From Eledone cirrhosa (Eukaryota), in contig OZ024747.1 in the NCBI GenBank assembly GCA_964016885.1, positions 62,806,001-62,870,000 on the forward strand: a stretch of 64,000 nucleotides of DNA, given 5' to 3'. Under the pieces are notes generated by a model. It saw only the letters and a program-made list of their open reading frames with translations. It did no database searches and was not told the DNA's origin. The position numbers were made by a program, and so were the translations under genes. Below are positions 47,490 to 62,245 of the stretch, in pieces. The number at the start of each line of letters is the position of its first letter. Position 1 is the first letter of the stretch.

Positions 47490-50049
47490 TATATATATAA
47501 AAAGTCAACAAAGAAAAATAACATAAATGAACAATGCAATGGTCAGATATTAGTTTAACACTTGGCATAGTTGGGATAGTCTTAAGTGTCCGATGCTTGT
47601 CTTTTATCAGAAGATAGATTGAAAGAGAGAAGAAATGGGAAGATAGGTGAGGGTTAGAAAAAAAAAGTAAACAGAAAAATGTTAAGATTGAAAGCATGTT
47701 ATTGTTTGTCAGCCATCTTGAAAACCAGTCTGTTTTATAGATTTATGTAATAAATGTACAAAACATGCACTGAAAAAAGGACTCATATACTGTTTATAGA
47801 GTCAAAATAATATTTGCTATTTGTAGTGAGTTCTTCAAAGTCTTACTGAAACTACTGACTTCTGATAACTGTTTTGAGAAGCCAATATTTTTGGTGAAAC
47901 TTCTCTATTATTAACAAATGTATATATGTATGTGAGGCGTTTTGTGAAGTAGATGGTAATTGCCAGACATTGTCGGAAATATGAGCTACCTATAATGTAA
48001 AATAATATGCAGTAGGCAGTAAGACATATCACCAAAATATAGATTTATAAATCTATTGTGCAATCATGGAAATGTATATTCTAGATGTAATGTAAATATA
48101 TTCTGTAGAATCTTTTAACATCTTTCAGGCTCGTCAATCAAACGTTGATTTTATCTTTAAATTCCTAGGTATTCTTTCATCTTTTATTCATAATCTCAGG
48201 CCAGAAATATTTCCATTATGCAAATATTTTTGTTTTTCTCGCCCCTTCCCCCCAACTTTTCTCTCTAAAATAAAGCCAATGTTCTTATTTGTTGTAACTT
48301 TTTCAGCATTACAATACAAAGATGGAGTTTCAATATTTATACATTTGGAGTACAATGGAGCAGGCAGAATAATAATTGAACTATTATGTATCATCTCTAC
48401 ATTCTATTCTTCATATTCTGTTGAAAGTACATTTCTTGTACTTCATTTTCCTTTTGATTAGATTTATGAAACTTTAATTAAATTATTATGTGGAGAGTGA
48501 TGTAAGGCTAAACAATGCAAAATGGAAGGTAAGATGTAGGTAACAAAAAAGTAAGTTACCTGGTAATCTTTGTTTTGTTTTTTGTTGTTGTTGCTGTTGT
48601 TTCTTTCGTCCTCATATTTCAGGACTTAAAATTCCCTTCTTCAAAGTATAAGGTACTCTGAGAAAAATGTTTCAGTTTCTTCTCTTGGGAATTAAATTTA
48701 AATTAAATTATGATTAACATAACATTATTATTATTATCCTTTCAAGTCAAACTACTTCAGTTTTAATTCACGCTGTAAAGTGGTCATGTAGGAGACACGG
48801 TAAGAAGGCTCCCAGTCCACACTGTAAATATGGTTTGTGTTAGGAAGGGCATCCAGCCGTAGAAAACCTGCCAGATACAGTCCTATACAAGTGAGACACG
48901 GTCACCCGATCAATCTTGCCACAAGTAGGACAATTCTCGTCTAATCCATGTTAGCGTGGAAGATGGCCATTAAACGATGATGATGAAGTGTTTTAAGTTC
49001 ATTTGTTCTTGTGCTGGATTTAGGGAAATGAATGAATGTCTTATTAACCATGCACTAAAATACAAAGCAGTGTATGCAATTAAAAGATCCCAGTAAGTCA
49101 AGACTGCAATACAATTTGCCTTGCCTTTTGAAGCTCTATTCTTTGAATTTACATCTCTCTATCAATTTAGAAGTTTTATGCTAAAGACAAAATGAAAAGG
49201 AGCTGATTATCAGATCAAGCAACCAGTGTCTCTATTAGACATTGGTGATATTATCGGCTGTTGCGATTCCTTGCAGCAGCATCATTACTTTTCTGGTGAC
49301 AGCAGGTGGAATTAGAACTTGAAATATTCATAGCCAGAACAGATGCCACAAAGCATCTCATCTGGCTCTTCTTTAACAATTTTACCAATCTACTGCTCTT
49401 ATTCATTAATGTCAAAAGATTGAAAGGCAGAGTTGACCTCCATGGGATTTCCACACAGAGCAGAGAGAGAGCTGGAACAAATTTAAAAAAACAAAAGAAA
49501 AAAAAATGATCAATAAGATCCCAGAGCACATTCATTTACCAAGTGGGGTGAAACTCATCAAATTGGATCAAGGGTACAATGTTTCCATTGGTGATACTAT
49601 CTACTATATGCAACTGTTGGTAGAAAGAGTAATGTGAAATAAAGTAACTTGTTCAAGGACATACATTGCCAAGCGTGTGAATTAAACTCGCAACTTTACA
49701 ATTGCAAATCCAAATGCCCCAACCATGAAGCCACGTATCTTCACTATAGTATTTGCTGCAACAAATACTAAGGTATATAATATGGCGCTCTAATAACTCT
49801 GCTGATTTGTTGCCAGTGCTTAGCAAAGAAAAAATATAAATGTTTTTCTGATAGAAGTATATCTTTGAATGGCAAGAGACTGACAGTGTAAGGCTACACA
49901 TGATGTTATTTCACTTATCATTGCAGCTATTAAAATACATGAATAAACATTTCCACTAATATACATCAGGAATGCATTTTATGTTGCATGATGCATTTAC
50001 TAAATATATACTTCTTAATTTGTTGTTGTTATTGTTGTTTTGCTTAGTG

Positions 50050-50600
50050 TTTCTCTTCCCCCTTCCTCCCCTTTTATTCTCCTTTCTCCTCCTTCCTTCT
50101 CCCTTTCCTCCTCCTCTTCCACCAGTTCTCTCCTTATCCCTCTTTTTCCTTCTTCCCCTCCTTTTGTCTTCTTCCCCCTCCTTTTTCCTTTTCCCTTTTT
50201 CTCTTCATTGTTCTCCTCCCTCCTCCTCTCTTTCCTCCTCTTCTTCCACCTGTCCTCCTCTTCTCCTCCTCCTTTTTTCTTCTTCCCCATCATTTTTCCT
50301 TTTCTCCTTTTTCTCTTCCCCATCTTCTTTCTCCTTTTTCTTTTTTATCTTTAATGTATAAATAAATAGTTCAGATGGTAACAACCAAAAGAGCACTGTC
50401 TTTATTCTTCTTGTTTCTCTCTCCCCTCCCCCCTCCCATCCCTTTTACTCTTCCTATCCCCCTCTTTTTTCTGCTCCCTTTTTCCTTCTTCCTCCTCCTT
50501 TTCCTTCTTTCTTTTCCCTTTCTCCTGATTTCCCCTCCTTCTTCCCCATCCTTTTTCCTTCTTTTTTTTCATCATGTCTTTCTCTTTTCTTTTCTTTTAC
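50050..50600. repeat. Polypyrimidine (CT-rich) low-complexity tract
   Basis: Almost purely C/T; the tag tataaataaatagttcaga..gtaacaacc.aaagagcactgtcttta occurs at about 50357 and about 50603. Confidence 0.9.
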
Positions 50601-51065
50601 TGTATAAATAAATAGTTCAGAGAGTAACAACCCAAAGAGCACTGTCTTTATCAAAGTCTTTGATTACATGTATAAAATGTATTACACTCTTGACTTGATA
50701 CAGAATACTTCAGGCAAATATTCCATTGTCAGAGGGAAGAATCTATTGTTCTTATATTATTTCTGCAGTGTATGGAAATAAAATTTCAGATTGGTTTTTA
50801 TCAGAGTATTTACTTAGAATAAAGTTAGTTAAAAAATGCAGAAAATTAGGATTAGATATTTTATGAATCTGAAAATATCTAAAGATTTTTTTAAAGTCTT
50901 TATATTTTCAATCACAGGTCTATTAAGTCAGAAATAACCCATATAAAATGGAATTTTTTTTATTCTGAATGATTATCTTGTATAGTGAGGAATCTAAATA
51001 AGGGTTTCTGATTTATGCACAAGGCCAACAATTTTAGGGAGAGGGGGAGGGGAAACTCAATTGAA

Positions 51066-51480
51066 ATAATTGTTTTTACTTTTGGCACTAGGCCAGCAAT
51101 TTGGCCAGTGCATTACTGGTACTTTATTTTATCGACACCGTAAGGATGAAAGGCAAAGCTAATCTCAGAGAGATTTGAACTCAGGACGTAAAGGACCACA
51201 ACTCTGTGCTGCAAAGCATGGTGTCTGACGCTCTACCAATACTGCCAATCCTAATAATGGTAAACTAGCAATGAGCTGACACTGCACATTTCTTTTCATT
51301 TACTCTTTTAATTATTTCAATTAAATTGACCCCAGTACATTACTGATACTTTAGTTTGTCGACCCTGTAAGGATGAAAGGCAAAGCTAGCCTTGGTGGTA
51401 TTTGAACCCAGATCGTAAAGGGCCGTAACTCAATGCTGGAAAGCATGGTGTCCGACATTAACAATACTGCCACCACCCTA
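51066..51480 (-). mobile_element. Two family A SINE copies
   Basis: Core and tRNA-head motifs as in the other family A copies. Confidence 0.8.
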
Positions 51481-51557
51481 AATAATGATTTCTCATCCTG
51501 GCTCAAAGCTACAAAATTTGTGAAGGTGTACATTATAAATCCACTTAACTCCAGTAC

Positions 51558-52012
51558 GTATTTTATGATATATACACATTTTATGATATATACACATTTT
51601 ATGATATATACACATTTTATGATATATACATATTTTATGATATATACATATTTTATGATATATACACATTTTATGATATATACATATTTTATGATATATA
51701 CACATTTTGTGATATACATATTTTATGATATACACATTTTATGATATACACATCTTATGATATATACACATTTTATGATTTACACACATTTTATGATTTA
51801 CATTTTTTATGATATACACATTTTATGATTTACATTCTTTATGATATACACATTTTATGATTTACATTTTTCATGATATACACATTTTATGATATATGTA
51901 TTTTATGATATACGTATTTTATGATATACGTATTTTATGATATACGTATTTTATGATATATGTATTTTATGATATATGTATTCCATGATATATATATATT
52001 TTATGATATATT
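51558..52012. repeat. 17-19-bp minisatellite (ATTTTATGATATATACAC)n
   Basis: Direct tandem repetition of more than 20 units. Confidence 0.93.
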
Positions 52013-54134
52013 ATAAAGTGAAATTTCCTTAATTATTTATTTCTGCAAACACTAAGCAAATGTTAGTGGCCAGGTTGTGTAATAACCTGGTGACATCTTC
52101 AGGTGTAAATTGCGTAATAGAGGTATACCAACAGAATGATAGTAAACTTTAAGGAAACAAGCGAAGAAATAAAATTGTGTGTTTATGATTTTGACCCAGA
52201 GACAAACGAAGCATATTTTATGATATACATTTTGTGGCATTTATGTTTTATGATATATATATATATTATGATATATATATTTTAGAAACACTTAAATGAA
52301 AAGGTCTCCAGTGTTCTTGAATCCTGGATGTATCACTAGTTATTAAATGTCTTAAGGCAGTGAATTGACAGAGTATTTAGAGCATCAAACAAAATGCTTT
52401 GTATATCTGTTTCAGTTCTTTAAACTCTGACTTCAGTTAACACCAAGGTCAACATTGTCTTTCATCATTTTGAAGATGATAAATGGCTGTGGTGGAAACT
52501 TTAGATGGATGAACACCATGAGAACCACCAGGTTTGTATTGGATATCATCATTTAACATCCATTTTTCCATGGGTAGGATGGGCTGACCCTTTGTCATAT
52601 ATCTGGTCAGAGGACTGTATTTCACTCACACACAACTGATTTTGGTTTGGTTTCTATGTCTGGATACCCTTCCTAGCCAACCACATTTACAGCATATGCT
52701 GGGTGCTTTTTGTTATGACACCTACACAACCACTTTACTGAGTCTTTTTTGTTGTGTTGCCAACATGACCACTTTACAGTGTTGACTGGGTGCTTTTTGT
52801 CATGACACTTACACAACCACTTTACAGTGTAGATTGGGCACTTTTGTCGTGACACCTACATGACTACTTTTGGGGATGTAGGTATAAGGGTGGGATGTTT
52901 TGCAATATAACTGTTCTAGCTCCTTGCACTCTGAGTTCAAATTCCTCAACCTGTCCAACCCACACTTGATCAGTCTAGATAGATAAACATAAAACCAACA
53001 GTTGCTGGTACTTCACCCTGCAGGGGATTGGAAATGATAGGCTGGAAAAACCAAGTGATTGACCAATTTATCCATCTTATTTATTTTGTACATCATCATA
53101 ATAATAATGTTATATTTAGGGAGGGTCACATTGTTCTAATATTGCCAAAAATAGTAAAACACACTCTGTTTGGTTTGGTTTGGTTTTCACTTCAGTATAT
53201 TTTTATATTTCTATAAATAATTATTTAGCTGGCAATCAATGTTTATCATTGGTTAACTAAGAGTTAAAAATATATAAATATAAACATAATTTTTCAAAGT
53301 TCTTTCATCACACATTTTCCTGTGACATCTTCAGTGATTATTGCCACCATCCTAATAATATTCCACCCAAATGCATTCTTGGCTTGAGTGTTGCTTCAGG
53401 CATTTAAAACCTGGTGGTTCTTATGGTGCCCATCTATCTAATGAATTGACCACAGCCAATTTCCTGCACAGCAGCACTGGACTGGTACTTTATTATACGT
53501 ACCCAAAAACTCTAAAAGCAAAGTTGGGTCAAGTCAGATTTGGACTCAGCAAGCAGTGAGCCAGAATGAATATTACATGTTCTCACAACTTTACCAATTT
53601 GCCACCTAACTAGTAAATACATTATCATAATAGGATCTTCTGGCATTACAAAAATTCACTCTATGAACATCAAGAATCTAATGGAATATGGAATATTAAT
53701 TTAAAATCCTTTTAAGAAATTCTAGAAAATATCTTTTCGAAATGTTAAAAAAAAATTATTTCTGAATAATTAATCATATTTTTATAGAATACATGTAAAG
53801 TATACCAATGTCTTAAATCTTATGGCATTGAGAGAAATGATTTGTAAACAAAGGAAGATAAATATTAGAATATTAAAATATTTTGAATTTAAAAAAAAAA
53901 AAATCTAGAATAAATATAGAAAAGAGCAATGTAAATATATATATATGTGTGTGTGTGTATAGATATATATATATATATCATCATCATCATCATTATATAG
54001 TTCACTTTGCCTTTCATCCTTATGGCGTCGATAAAATAAAGTACCAGTAATGTACTGGGTAATTGCTGTCCTTGTGCCAAAAAAGTAGAAACAATTATAT
54101 ATATATATATAATTAAGGTGTTCACTCCAGCTGA

Positions 54135-54737
54135 GCTGTATACATATAAATATGTGTATTTTGTATAGCAAATAATATATGGTATGTTTATGAATAAATA
54201 TTTGAAAGCCCATTAGCTATGAATTTTGAAAGCTTGTAGTGGGGTTCCACATAGTAAGTTCCAGCAGAAGCAAGGCGGGAAATTACCAATAGCTGTTTCT
54301 GACTGATGGTCATTATCAAGGTAATGCTCCCAATTACCTTACTTTCTGCTGGAACTGAATATAGGTGAAACATAGTTTTGATGCCTATGTACATGGGCTG
54401 ATTAGTCTCATTTGCATGTGGAGCTGATGGCTGGCTTGGCCTGAACAAGAAATAGAATTAAGGTTTTTTTCTTCAATTAGTGTATACATATAAGGATGTG
54501 TATTTTGTATATCAAATAATATATAGCATATTTACAAATAAAGATTTGAAAGCCTTTAGCTATGGATTTTGGGAGCTGGTAGTGAGGAACCACCTAGTGA
54601 GTTCCAGCAGAAGCAAGGGGAAATGACTGACGATCGTTTCTGACTTATGGTCATTATCAAGGTAATGCTGCCCTTTACCTCGCTCCTGGCTGGAATTCAA
54701 TATAGGCACAAACATATAGTTTTGACACCTATGTACC
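54135..54737. repeat. Diverged tandem duplication (period about 345 bp)
   Basis: tgtatacatataa.atgtgtattttgtata..gttccagcagaagcaagg..atggtcattatcaaggtaatgct occurs twice. Confidence 0.8.
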
Positions 54738-55600
54738 TTTCATTGATAAAGCTTCAGTGGACCCCAGAATTCTCCATAGTGGGATCAAACTTAGGACCTC
54801 ATGATTGTGAAATGATCTTCTTAAATTCTTGGCTATGTCTACATCCAACGATGACAACATCATTACCTTGATCATCACTGTTTTACTATCTATTTGCCGT
54901 GCTTGCATGTGCTAGACATATATGTGTACACATTAGATGCAGGTATAGCTTCTTCTTCACCCACTTATTCCTGTGAGGGTCAGAGGTGAGCAGAATCCTC
55001 AAACACTCCTTCCAGCGGGTCCTGTCAAAAGCAACCATCTCCAACTTGATCCAGCTGGATTCCCAAGGTAGAGCTGTGTGGTTAAAAAATTTCATCTTGC
55101 AATCATAATATCTCGAGTGTATTTTGACTGTAGAGCAGCAACAACCTGAGTAGAAAGGTAAGTACAACCTTGAGAATATATGTATTAATATCGGTAAGGA
55201 CGGGGAAAGCGTTAATAGTTAGAAAACTGAAAATGAGAAGATAACATATAAAGTAGAAATAATTACTATTGAATGAATATGAAGAGAATTGCTTCAAATA
55301 TTATGATGAAAGTTTTCAAGATTAAAGTAGAATTATAGATGTGTATTTCCAATGAATATTGGCCTAAAGTAGAAAGATGTGTTTCAAAATAATCTATTGT
55401 GAAGAAACTGATCTCACTTCTCTCTCTTTCTGTATTGCTTTCTCTCTCCCCCTCCTCCCTCTCTCTCTCTCTCTCACTGTATTGTACAGCCTCACATATA
55501 TACATATATTTATGTAGTTGTATATTCATATTTATACATGTGTATGTATAAATATTCAGACATACATATAAATATGTTCATGTTTGGGCATGTATGTTTA

Positions 55601-55633
<33 letters not shown>

Positions 55634-55759
55634 TTATAATTATATATATATATATATATATATATGTTTATAATTATATATATATATATATGTGTGTTTA
55701 TAATTATATATATATATATGTGTGTTTATAATTATATATATATATATATATATATGTGT

Positions 55760-55794
<35 letters not shown>

Positions 55795-56266
55795 TATATA
55801 TATATATATGAGGTGGGGGTGGATATGTGAGTGTATAACATATACAAACACACATGATAGAAGGCAGAGATAATGTTCTCAAATTTATATTATCATCTAA
55901 AAGCCAATCTTAAAGTAATAGCAATAAGCAGCTTCCACTAAGTGTGTGTGTATAGAATTAGTTCCACAACAAATTAGCCAAGCATACTCAAGAACGCATG
56001 TTTCACCCAACGGATTTTCAACCCAAGTAAGGTTGTGCTGAGAACACTTCTGTTCTCGAGTATGGTTACTAATTTGTTGAACTAATATATACCGAACTCG
56101 TCCTCTGGACAAAGTGCTTTACTAGTAGCAGATATAACCTCCTGTTTTTTTACCACTATATATATAAACGTTTGTAGTTGTAAGGCCAAGACAATAAAAA
56201 CGTTTATACCTCATTACGCAATGCTTCAAGTGAACTACGACTTCCTCCTCTCCACTATATATATAT

Positions 56267-56620
56267 ATAAAATATTAAAAAAATAATGAATAAAACAATG
56301 AAACAGTTCCTTATATTAAACAAAAAAAGTTCATTATTTAACGATCGTTTCTAGGATATATATGTGTTAGAATTGGCATGCATATTCAACAGATCTATGT
56401 ACAAAATTATACAAAATTATACAAACTATCAAAATTAATTATGTATATTTAATTTTGATAGTTTGTATAATTTTGTATAATTTTGTACATAGATCTGTTG
56501 AGTATGCATGCCAATTCTAACACATATATATCCTAGAAACGATCGTTAAATAATGAACTTTTTTTGTTTAATATAAGGAACTGTTTCATTGTTTTATTCA
56601 TTATTTTTTTAATATTTTAT
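56267..56620. repeat. Near-perfect palindrome with arms of about 170 bp
   Basis: Arms mirror about the spacer near 56439-56449; contains CTGTTGA..GAAA-CGATCG-TT. Confidence 0.92.
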
Positions 56621-56751
56621 CTTGACTCTGTATTCCGTTTATCTTTCACCGAAAGTGATTTTTCATTGCATCTCTTCTTTCCATGATATCCGGATTACAT
56701 TGAGTTCTTCATACGGATTGGACACTACCGTAAACTCTTGGTAGATTTATC

Positions 56752-56787
<36 letters not shown>

Positions 56788-56871
56788 AAAGGTAAACAGA
56801 AATAACAACACAATTGGTACAGTATATGGAAGGTATATATTAGGTTAATGCTTGATATAGCAAGAAGAGGG

Positions 56872-56907
56872 TCTTAACGTTTCGGATGCTAGTCCTTCAT
56901 CAGAAGA
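56872..56907 (-). ncRNA. Minimal type I hammerhead motif
   Basis: TCTT-CTGATGA-A-GGA(CTAGCA)TCC-GAAA-CG-TT-AAGA. Confidence 0.65.
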
Positions 56908-57699
56908 AAGAAAGAGAAATAAAATAGATTAAGGGGACGGGCTGGATGGAATTGGAAAAAATGTCTTTAGATAAAAATAATAGGTCCAGTCATATATATA
57001 TATATATATGTATCATCAGCATCATCATTGTTTAAAGTCCAGTTATTTTTCATGCTAGCATGGGTTAGACAATTTGTCCTATTGTGAGTCAGGTCGGGTC
57101 TGATGACCATCCCTTTCTGGTTGAAATGTAGGTGAAGGAATGTAAAGATATCTCAATAGAGTGAACGTACAGTAGAGGGAGTCCAAGGAAGACCTGAGCA
57201 GAGGCTGTAAGAGCCCATAAGAGCTGATCTTATATTGCTGAAATTCACAGATGACGAAGAGCAGCAATGACTGGAGTGATTCTATGCTGAAAAATAATCC
57301 ATCCAACCCATGTTAGCATGGAAAAGCACATGTAAAATGATGATGATTTATATGTGTGTGTAGGTGTCATGTGTGTGCGTGTGTGTGTGTATCATCATCA
57401 TCATCATCATCAGCGTTTTACGTCCGTTCTTCCATGCTAGCATGGGTTAGACGGGTTGTCCTGTTGTGGGCAGTGTCTGGTCGGCTGACCATGCCTTGCT
57501 CATACAGGAACTGATTCTGGCTTGATTTCTACAGCTGGATGCCCTTCCTAACACCAACCTCATTTACCGTGAGTGCTGGGTGCTTTTTCCGTGGCGCCTA
57601 CTCGTCCACTTTACAGTGTGGGCTGGGTGCTTTTTTGCCGTGGCACCTCCACAACCATGTGTATATATATATATGTATGTGGGTGTAGGTGTTAATGTT

Positions 57700-57736
<37 letters not shown>

Positions 57737-58318
57737 TAATATGTGGGTGAATGTGTTTACATGTGTGTGTGTATATATATATGTGGGTGAATGGGTTTAT
57801 GTGTGTGTGTTTATATGTGGGTGAATGTGTTTACATGTGTCTGTGTATATATATATATAGGTGGGTGAATGGGTTTATGTGTGTGTGTTTATATGTGGGT
57901 GAATGTGTTTACATGTGTCTGTGTATATATATATATAGGTGGGTGAATGGGTTTATGTGTGTGTGTTTATATGTGGGTGAATGTGTTTGTGTGTGTGTGT
58001 ATAAATGTGTATTTATGTGCGTATCATGGCTTTGTGGTTCGGGTATTCAGCTGATGATTATAAGGTTGTGTGTTTGATTTGAGCAAGACACTTTATTTCA
58101 TGTTACTGCAGTCCACTCAGCTGGCACAAATGAGTTGTACTTGTAATTCGAAGGGCCAGCCTTCTCACATTCTGTGTCATGCTGAATCTCCCTGAGAACT
58201 ACACATTAAAGGTACATGTTTCTGGATTGCTCAACCACTTGCACATCAATTTCACAAGCAGGCTGTTCCATTGATCGTATCAACACAATACTCATGATCA
58301 TAACTGACAGTGCCACTC

Positions 58319-58352
<34 letters not shown>

Positions 58353-59709
58353 GTAATAATAATAAATTTGAAGACTAAAATCCAAAGGGTGAAAGCAGCG
58401 ATTCTTTGCTTAAACTTTAATCTGTTATTTTAATAGATATATATATATATATACATGAAATTGTATTTCACGTTGATTTGCTTATCTCGGTGGATTTTTA
58501 AAGAAAAACTGTTATTCTGAAATTAAAAAATCGGATTTGATGATGGTAAATTAGAATTCATAGTTGGAATATTAAATCAATAGCAATAACTATTAAAAGA
58601 TTTAAAATAATTTTCAAATTTAAAATCAATGATCTACAAACCAGAGAAATGACAGTGCACAAAATTCAATTTTCAATTTTATATTCCATTCATCAAATTA
58701 ATATTGTGATTGAAATTTGAAAAATAATGGAAAAATCATGAAAAATCATGAAATACTAGGCATGTGCTTTGAAATATCAATGAAATATTGTCATCTGATG
58801 TTACACAAGTTTATTTAATCTATGTTGTCTGTGCAGTTATAGAAAACAATTTACGGAATTATAGGAAAAGTGAACAAAAACGCTGGCAGTAAAATAAACT
58901 GCCATGCCATATATTAAAGAAATGAAGAGCACAACATAGACATAGTGAAGGGTATGTTGCCTAGTGTGAGAATCGAAATATTCTGTGTTCAATTCCTGCA
59001 CTGGCTAGCACATTACATTTTAAGCAATGCTCTTAATTTCACATTGCTCTTGTTTACTTATCAGAAAATGAATCTGCCGATTCAATGCTAGGTTTTATAA
59101 ATTAATTTAATATATTTCTCTTGAACATGGTCAAAATTTGACATTGTGGTGTTATCAAATACCCGCAGAAAAAGGGTTTAAATCTGTGATGGACTGGCAT
59201 CCTATCCCAGTGAGACTTGAACTCTGTCACTTAACACCAATGAATATGAGATACCCGAGAAAGGTCATTTGACTCACTATCATGCCATAATTATCACAGG
59301 ATGCTAAAACAGTAAAATCTATATTTAAAAGGTACAATTTTAGATTCAGAATAAAGGTAAAGAGCCAATTGTTAGATTAGACCAAGGAAACAATGTTTCA
59401 ATAGTCTTTTCAATGCTGATACTATTTGCTGGCTGGAACACCTCGCAGAAGTAGCTGGAATTGGAACTTAGAACGTACATAGTCCAATCACAAACTGCAA
59501 AACATCTCAACTACCAATCCATCACTCTCAGATTAGTCCTTTATTTTATTGAACAAAACCTTTGAAACATAGCCCTTTCCCAATTCACCTCAAAGATTTG
59601 CTTCAGACTAGACTTTACCATTTCCATGACTCCACATTGAAAATACAATAGTAAATATAAAGACTTTATCTCACATAATTATCTTGCATTATATCGAATC
59701 TATGAGATT

Positions 59710-59897
59710 GGGCGGTGGATTGGCAGTATCGGTAGAGGGTCGGACACCATGCTTTGCAGCACAGTTACGTCCCTTTACAGACTGAGTTCAAATCCCGCCG
59801 AGGTTAACTTTGCCTTTCATCCTTATGGGGTCGATAAAATAAAGTACCAGTAATACACTGGGATAATTGCTGGCCTTGTGCCCAAAGTAGAAACAAT
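59710..59897 (+). mobile_element. Full-length family A tRNA-derived SINE with a TSD of about 22 bp
   Basis: A/B boxes; TSD attatatcgaatctatgagatt at 59688-59709 and 59896-59917. The core gcctttcatcc..ggggtcgataaaataaagtaccag resembles the Meta-type SINE central domain. Confidence 0.9.
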
Positions 59898-61026
59898 TAT
59901 ATCGAATCTATGAGATTTTGATATTATTTATTTTTAGAGCAATACATTGTCAGTATGAGCGGCCAGTTATGACCGGTTTGAACAGAAACAGGTGAGAGAA
60001 TTCTGGTCAGATTTAGCTCGTTTAAATGCTAAAGGGTTAAGGGAGAACCACAAATATTATTTACAGCTTAGATTCGCATGATTGTATTGGAAATCTTATG
60101 AAAGTCACATAAAAAATATTAAATGAAATGTATATTTCAGGACTATAAACAACTAATTTATTGTGTATCAGTTCTACAGATTGACAGATAATGTATTGAC
60201 AAATGAATTAAACATAGGTTATAATTTTTACCTATTTTACTTGTTCAGTAGTTAACAAAAGCACATTTGAGTCTATCATCATCATCATTGTTTAGCGTCC
60301 ATCTTCCACGGTAGCATGGGTAGGATGGGTTGACCCTTAGGGAGAAAATCAGGTCAGAGGACCAAGCTTAACTCACCCAGGTTAGATTTTGGCTTGGTTT
60401 CTACAGTTGGATGCCCTTTCTAATGCCAACCACAATTCTGATATCCACAGTGGATAGTGATAGGAAAGGCATCCAGCCAGAGAAAACATGCCAAACAAAG
60501 GGCTGGGAAGATTCTTTAGCTGTGTCAAAGATGTGACAACCTCCATAGTTTTGGTGCTACAATAAATAGTTTACTTCTATCTAAAGATATCTCCGTAACT
60601 TATATTTGTTAATACATTACTATTTCATATCTTATCTATAGACAGCACCATAACATTATACTAATTTACTATATAGAAGTTGTTCTCAGGTTTTTGTCAT
60701 TATTTTAAAGTCAAATTTAAGGCAGATATAACTACGATTTTGAATTAGAAGTGTTAGCTGTGAAAAACCTGAACTTTGAGGAATAGTTGAAAGAGCATAT
60801 GCTTCATACTTCATTATTTTCAGAACTAAGGTTTCTAGTTTAAAAATGGTAGTTAGATCTACTTTAAGTTTATCCTAAACCTTCACCTTCAGATATATGC
60901 TGTTTTCTAGCATAAGACAATTTTTTCTTCTAACGAAAGAAATATTTTTACAAATAAGGTAAGTAACATTGATTTAGTAGAATTTAGTTAAATCCAAGGT
61001 TTTAAAAATTTATATTTCTCTTGAAC

Positions 61027-62117
61027 ATGGACAAAATTTGACATTGCGGTGTTATCAAGTACCTGCAGAAAAAGGGTTTAGCCTCAAAGGACATTCATAC
61101 TGACATAGTTGCTACATTAGCAGATGATACTCCAGCTTTATCAACAGTGCGAAAATGGGTAGCTGAATGTAGGAGGGGAAGACAGTCTTGAAGATGATCC
61201 AAAGTCTGGATGTCCTACAACTGCCGCCACCAAGGAAAACATTGATTGATTTCACCACATAGTGATGGATGACAGGCGATTGACTATAAACCAAATAGCC
61301 GATACTATTAGCATATCCCACGAGAGAGTTGAGAATATTCTGCACAATGAACTTGGTATGATGAAGGTTTCTGCTCAGTAGGTGCCATATCTTCTGACAC
61401 CTGATCAAAAGTGCACCAGGCTGATCACATCATGAGAAAATCTGACATTGTTTGAGGCAGATCAAGCTGGTTTCCTTGAAGATTTCCTAACCAGGACGAG
61501 TGTTGGGTTCAGAGTCATTGAGTCAGAGACAAAGAAAAAATACATGCAGTAGAAATACCCCTCTTCAACTGCTCCAGAGATGGCCAAGGTCCTTTCATCT
61601 GCAGGGAAGGCGACAGCTTCAGTTTTTTGGGATGCGAAAGGCATTGTATTTATTGACTGTCTTCAAAAGAGCCACACCATCAATGGAGAGTACTATGCTA
61701 ACTTGCTGAGACCAAACGCCCAGGAAGACTGATGAAAGGGGTCTTGTTTCATCAGGACCATGTTCCAGCACACAAGTCCTTGGTTTCAATGGCTGTTGTG
61801 TGTAACTTTGGCTTTGAACTGGTTGATCACCCCCCATCCCTATTCTGATTTAGCCCCATCTGACTATCACCTATTTACCAACACGAACAACCTTTTGTTT
61901 GGAACTAGTATCACAGTGATGATGATGTCATATCTGCTGTTGATGACTTTTTTGATCAACAGGATGAAAGCTTCTTCACCAAATGGGCCCAAGCATTGCA
62001 ACACCAATGGAAAAAGTGTGTGGACTTCAAGGGGGACTATGTTGAAAAATAAACCTCATTTGGTCACATTTTATGAGAGTATTTTGGTCACCCTATGAAC
62101 TTTTCAGCTGACTCTCA
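61027..62117 (+). pseudogene. Degenerate mariner (DD34D-type) transposase
   Basis: MDKI..GVIKYLQKKG..STVRKW..EDDPKSG; VFWDAKGIVFID..TINGEYYANLL; YSDLAPSDY; multiple stops and frameshifts. The 5' fragment is also present at about 59111-59180. Confidence 0.85.
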
Positions 62118-62245
62118 TTTATATAAATAAGAATTTATATGTACACGCACACACACACAGACACACATATATATGTACATATATATATACTCATATATCT
62201 AAATATATATATATGTAAATATATATATATATTTAGATATATAGA

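Noticed and set aside
11971-58077. [12 protein letters not shown], poly-M/V/I and F/L/S-rich ORFs
   Set aside because: Translations of microsatellites and low-complexity tracts.
59710-59800. tRNA genes at SINE heads
   Set aside because: A/B boxes are present but there is no complete cloverleaf, and they continue into SINE bodies.
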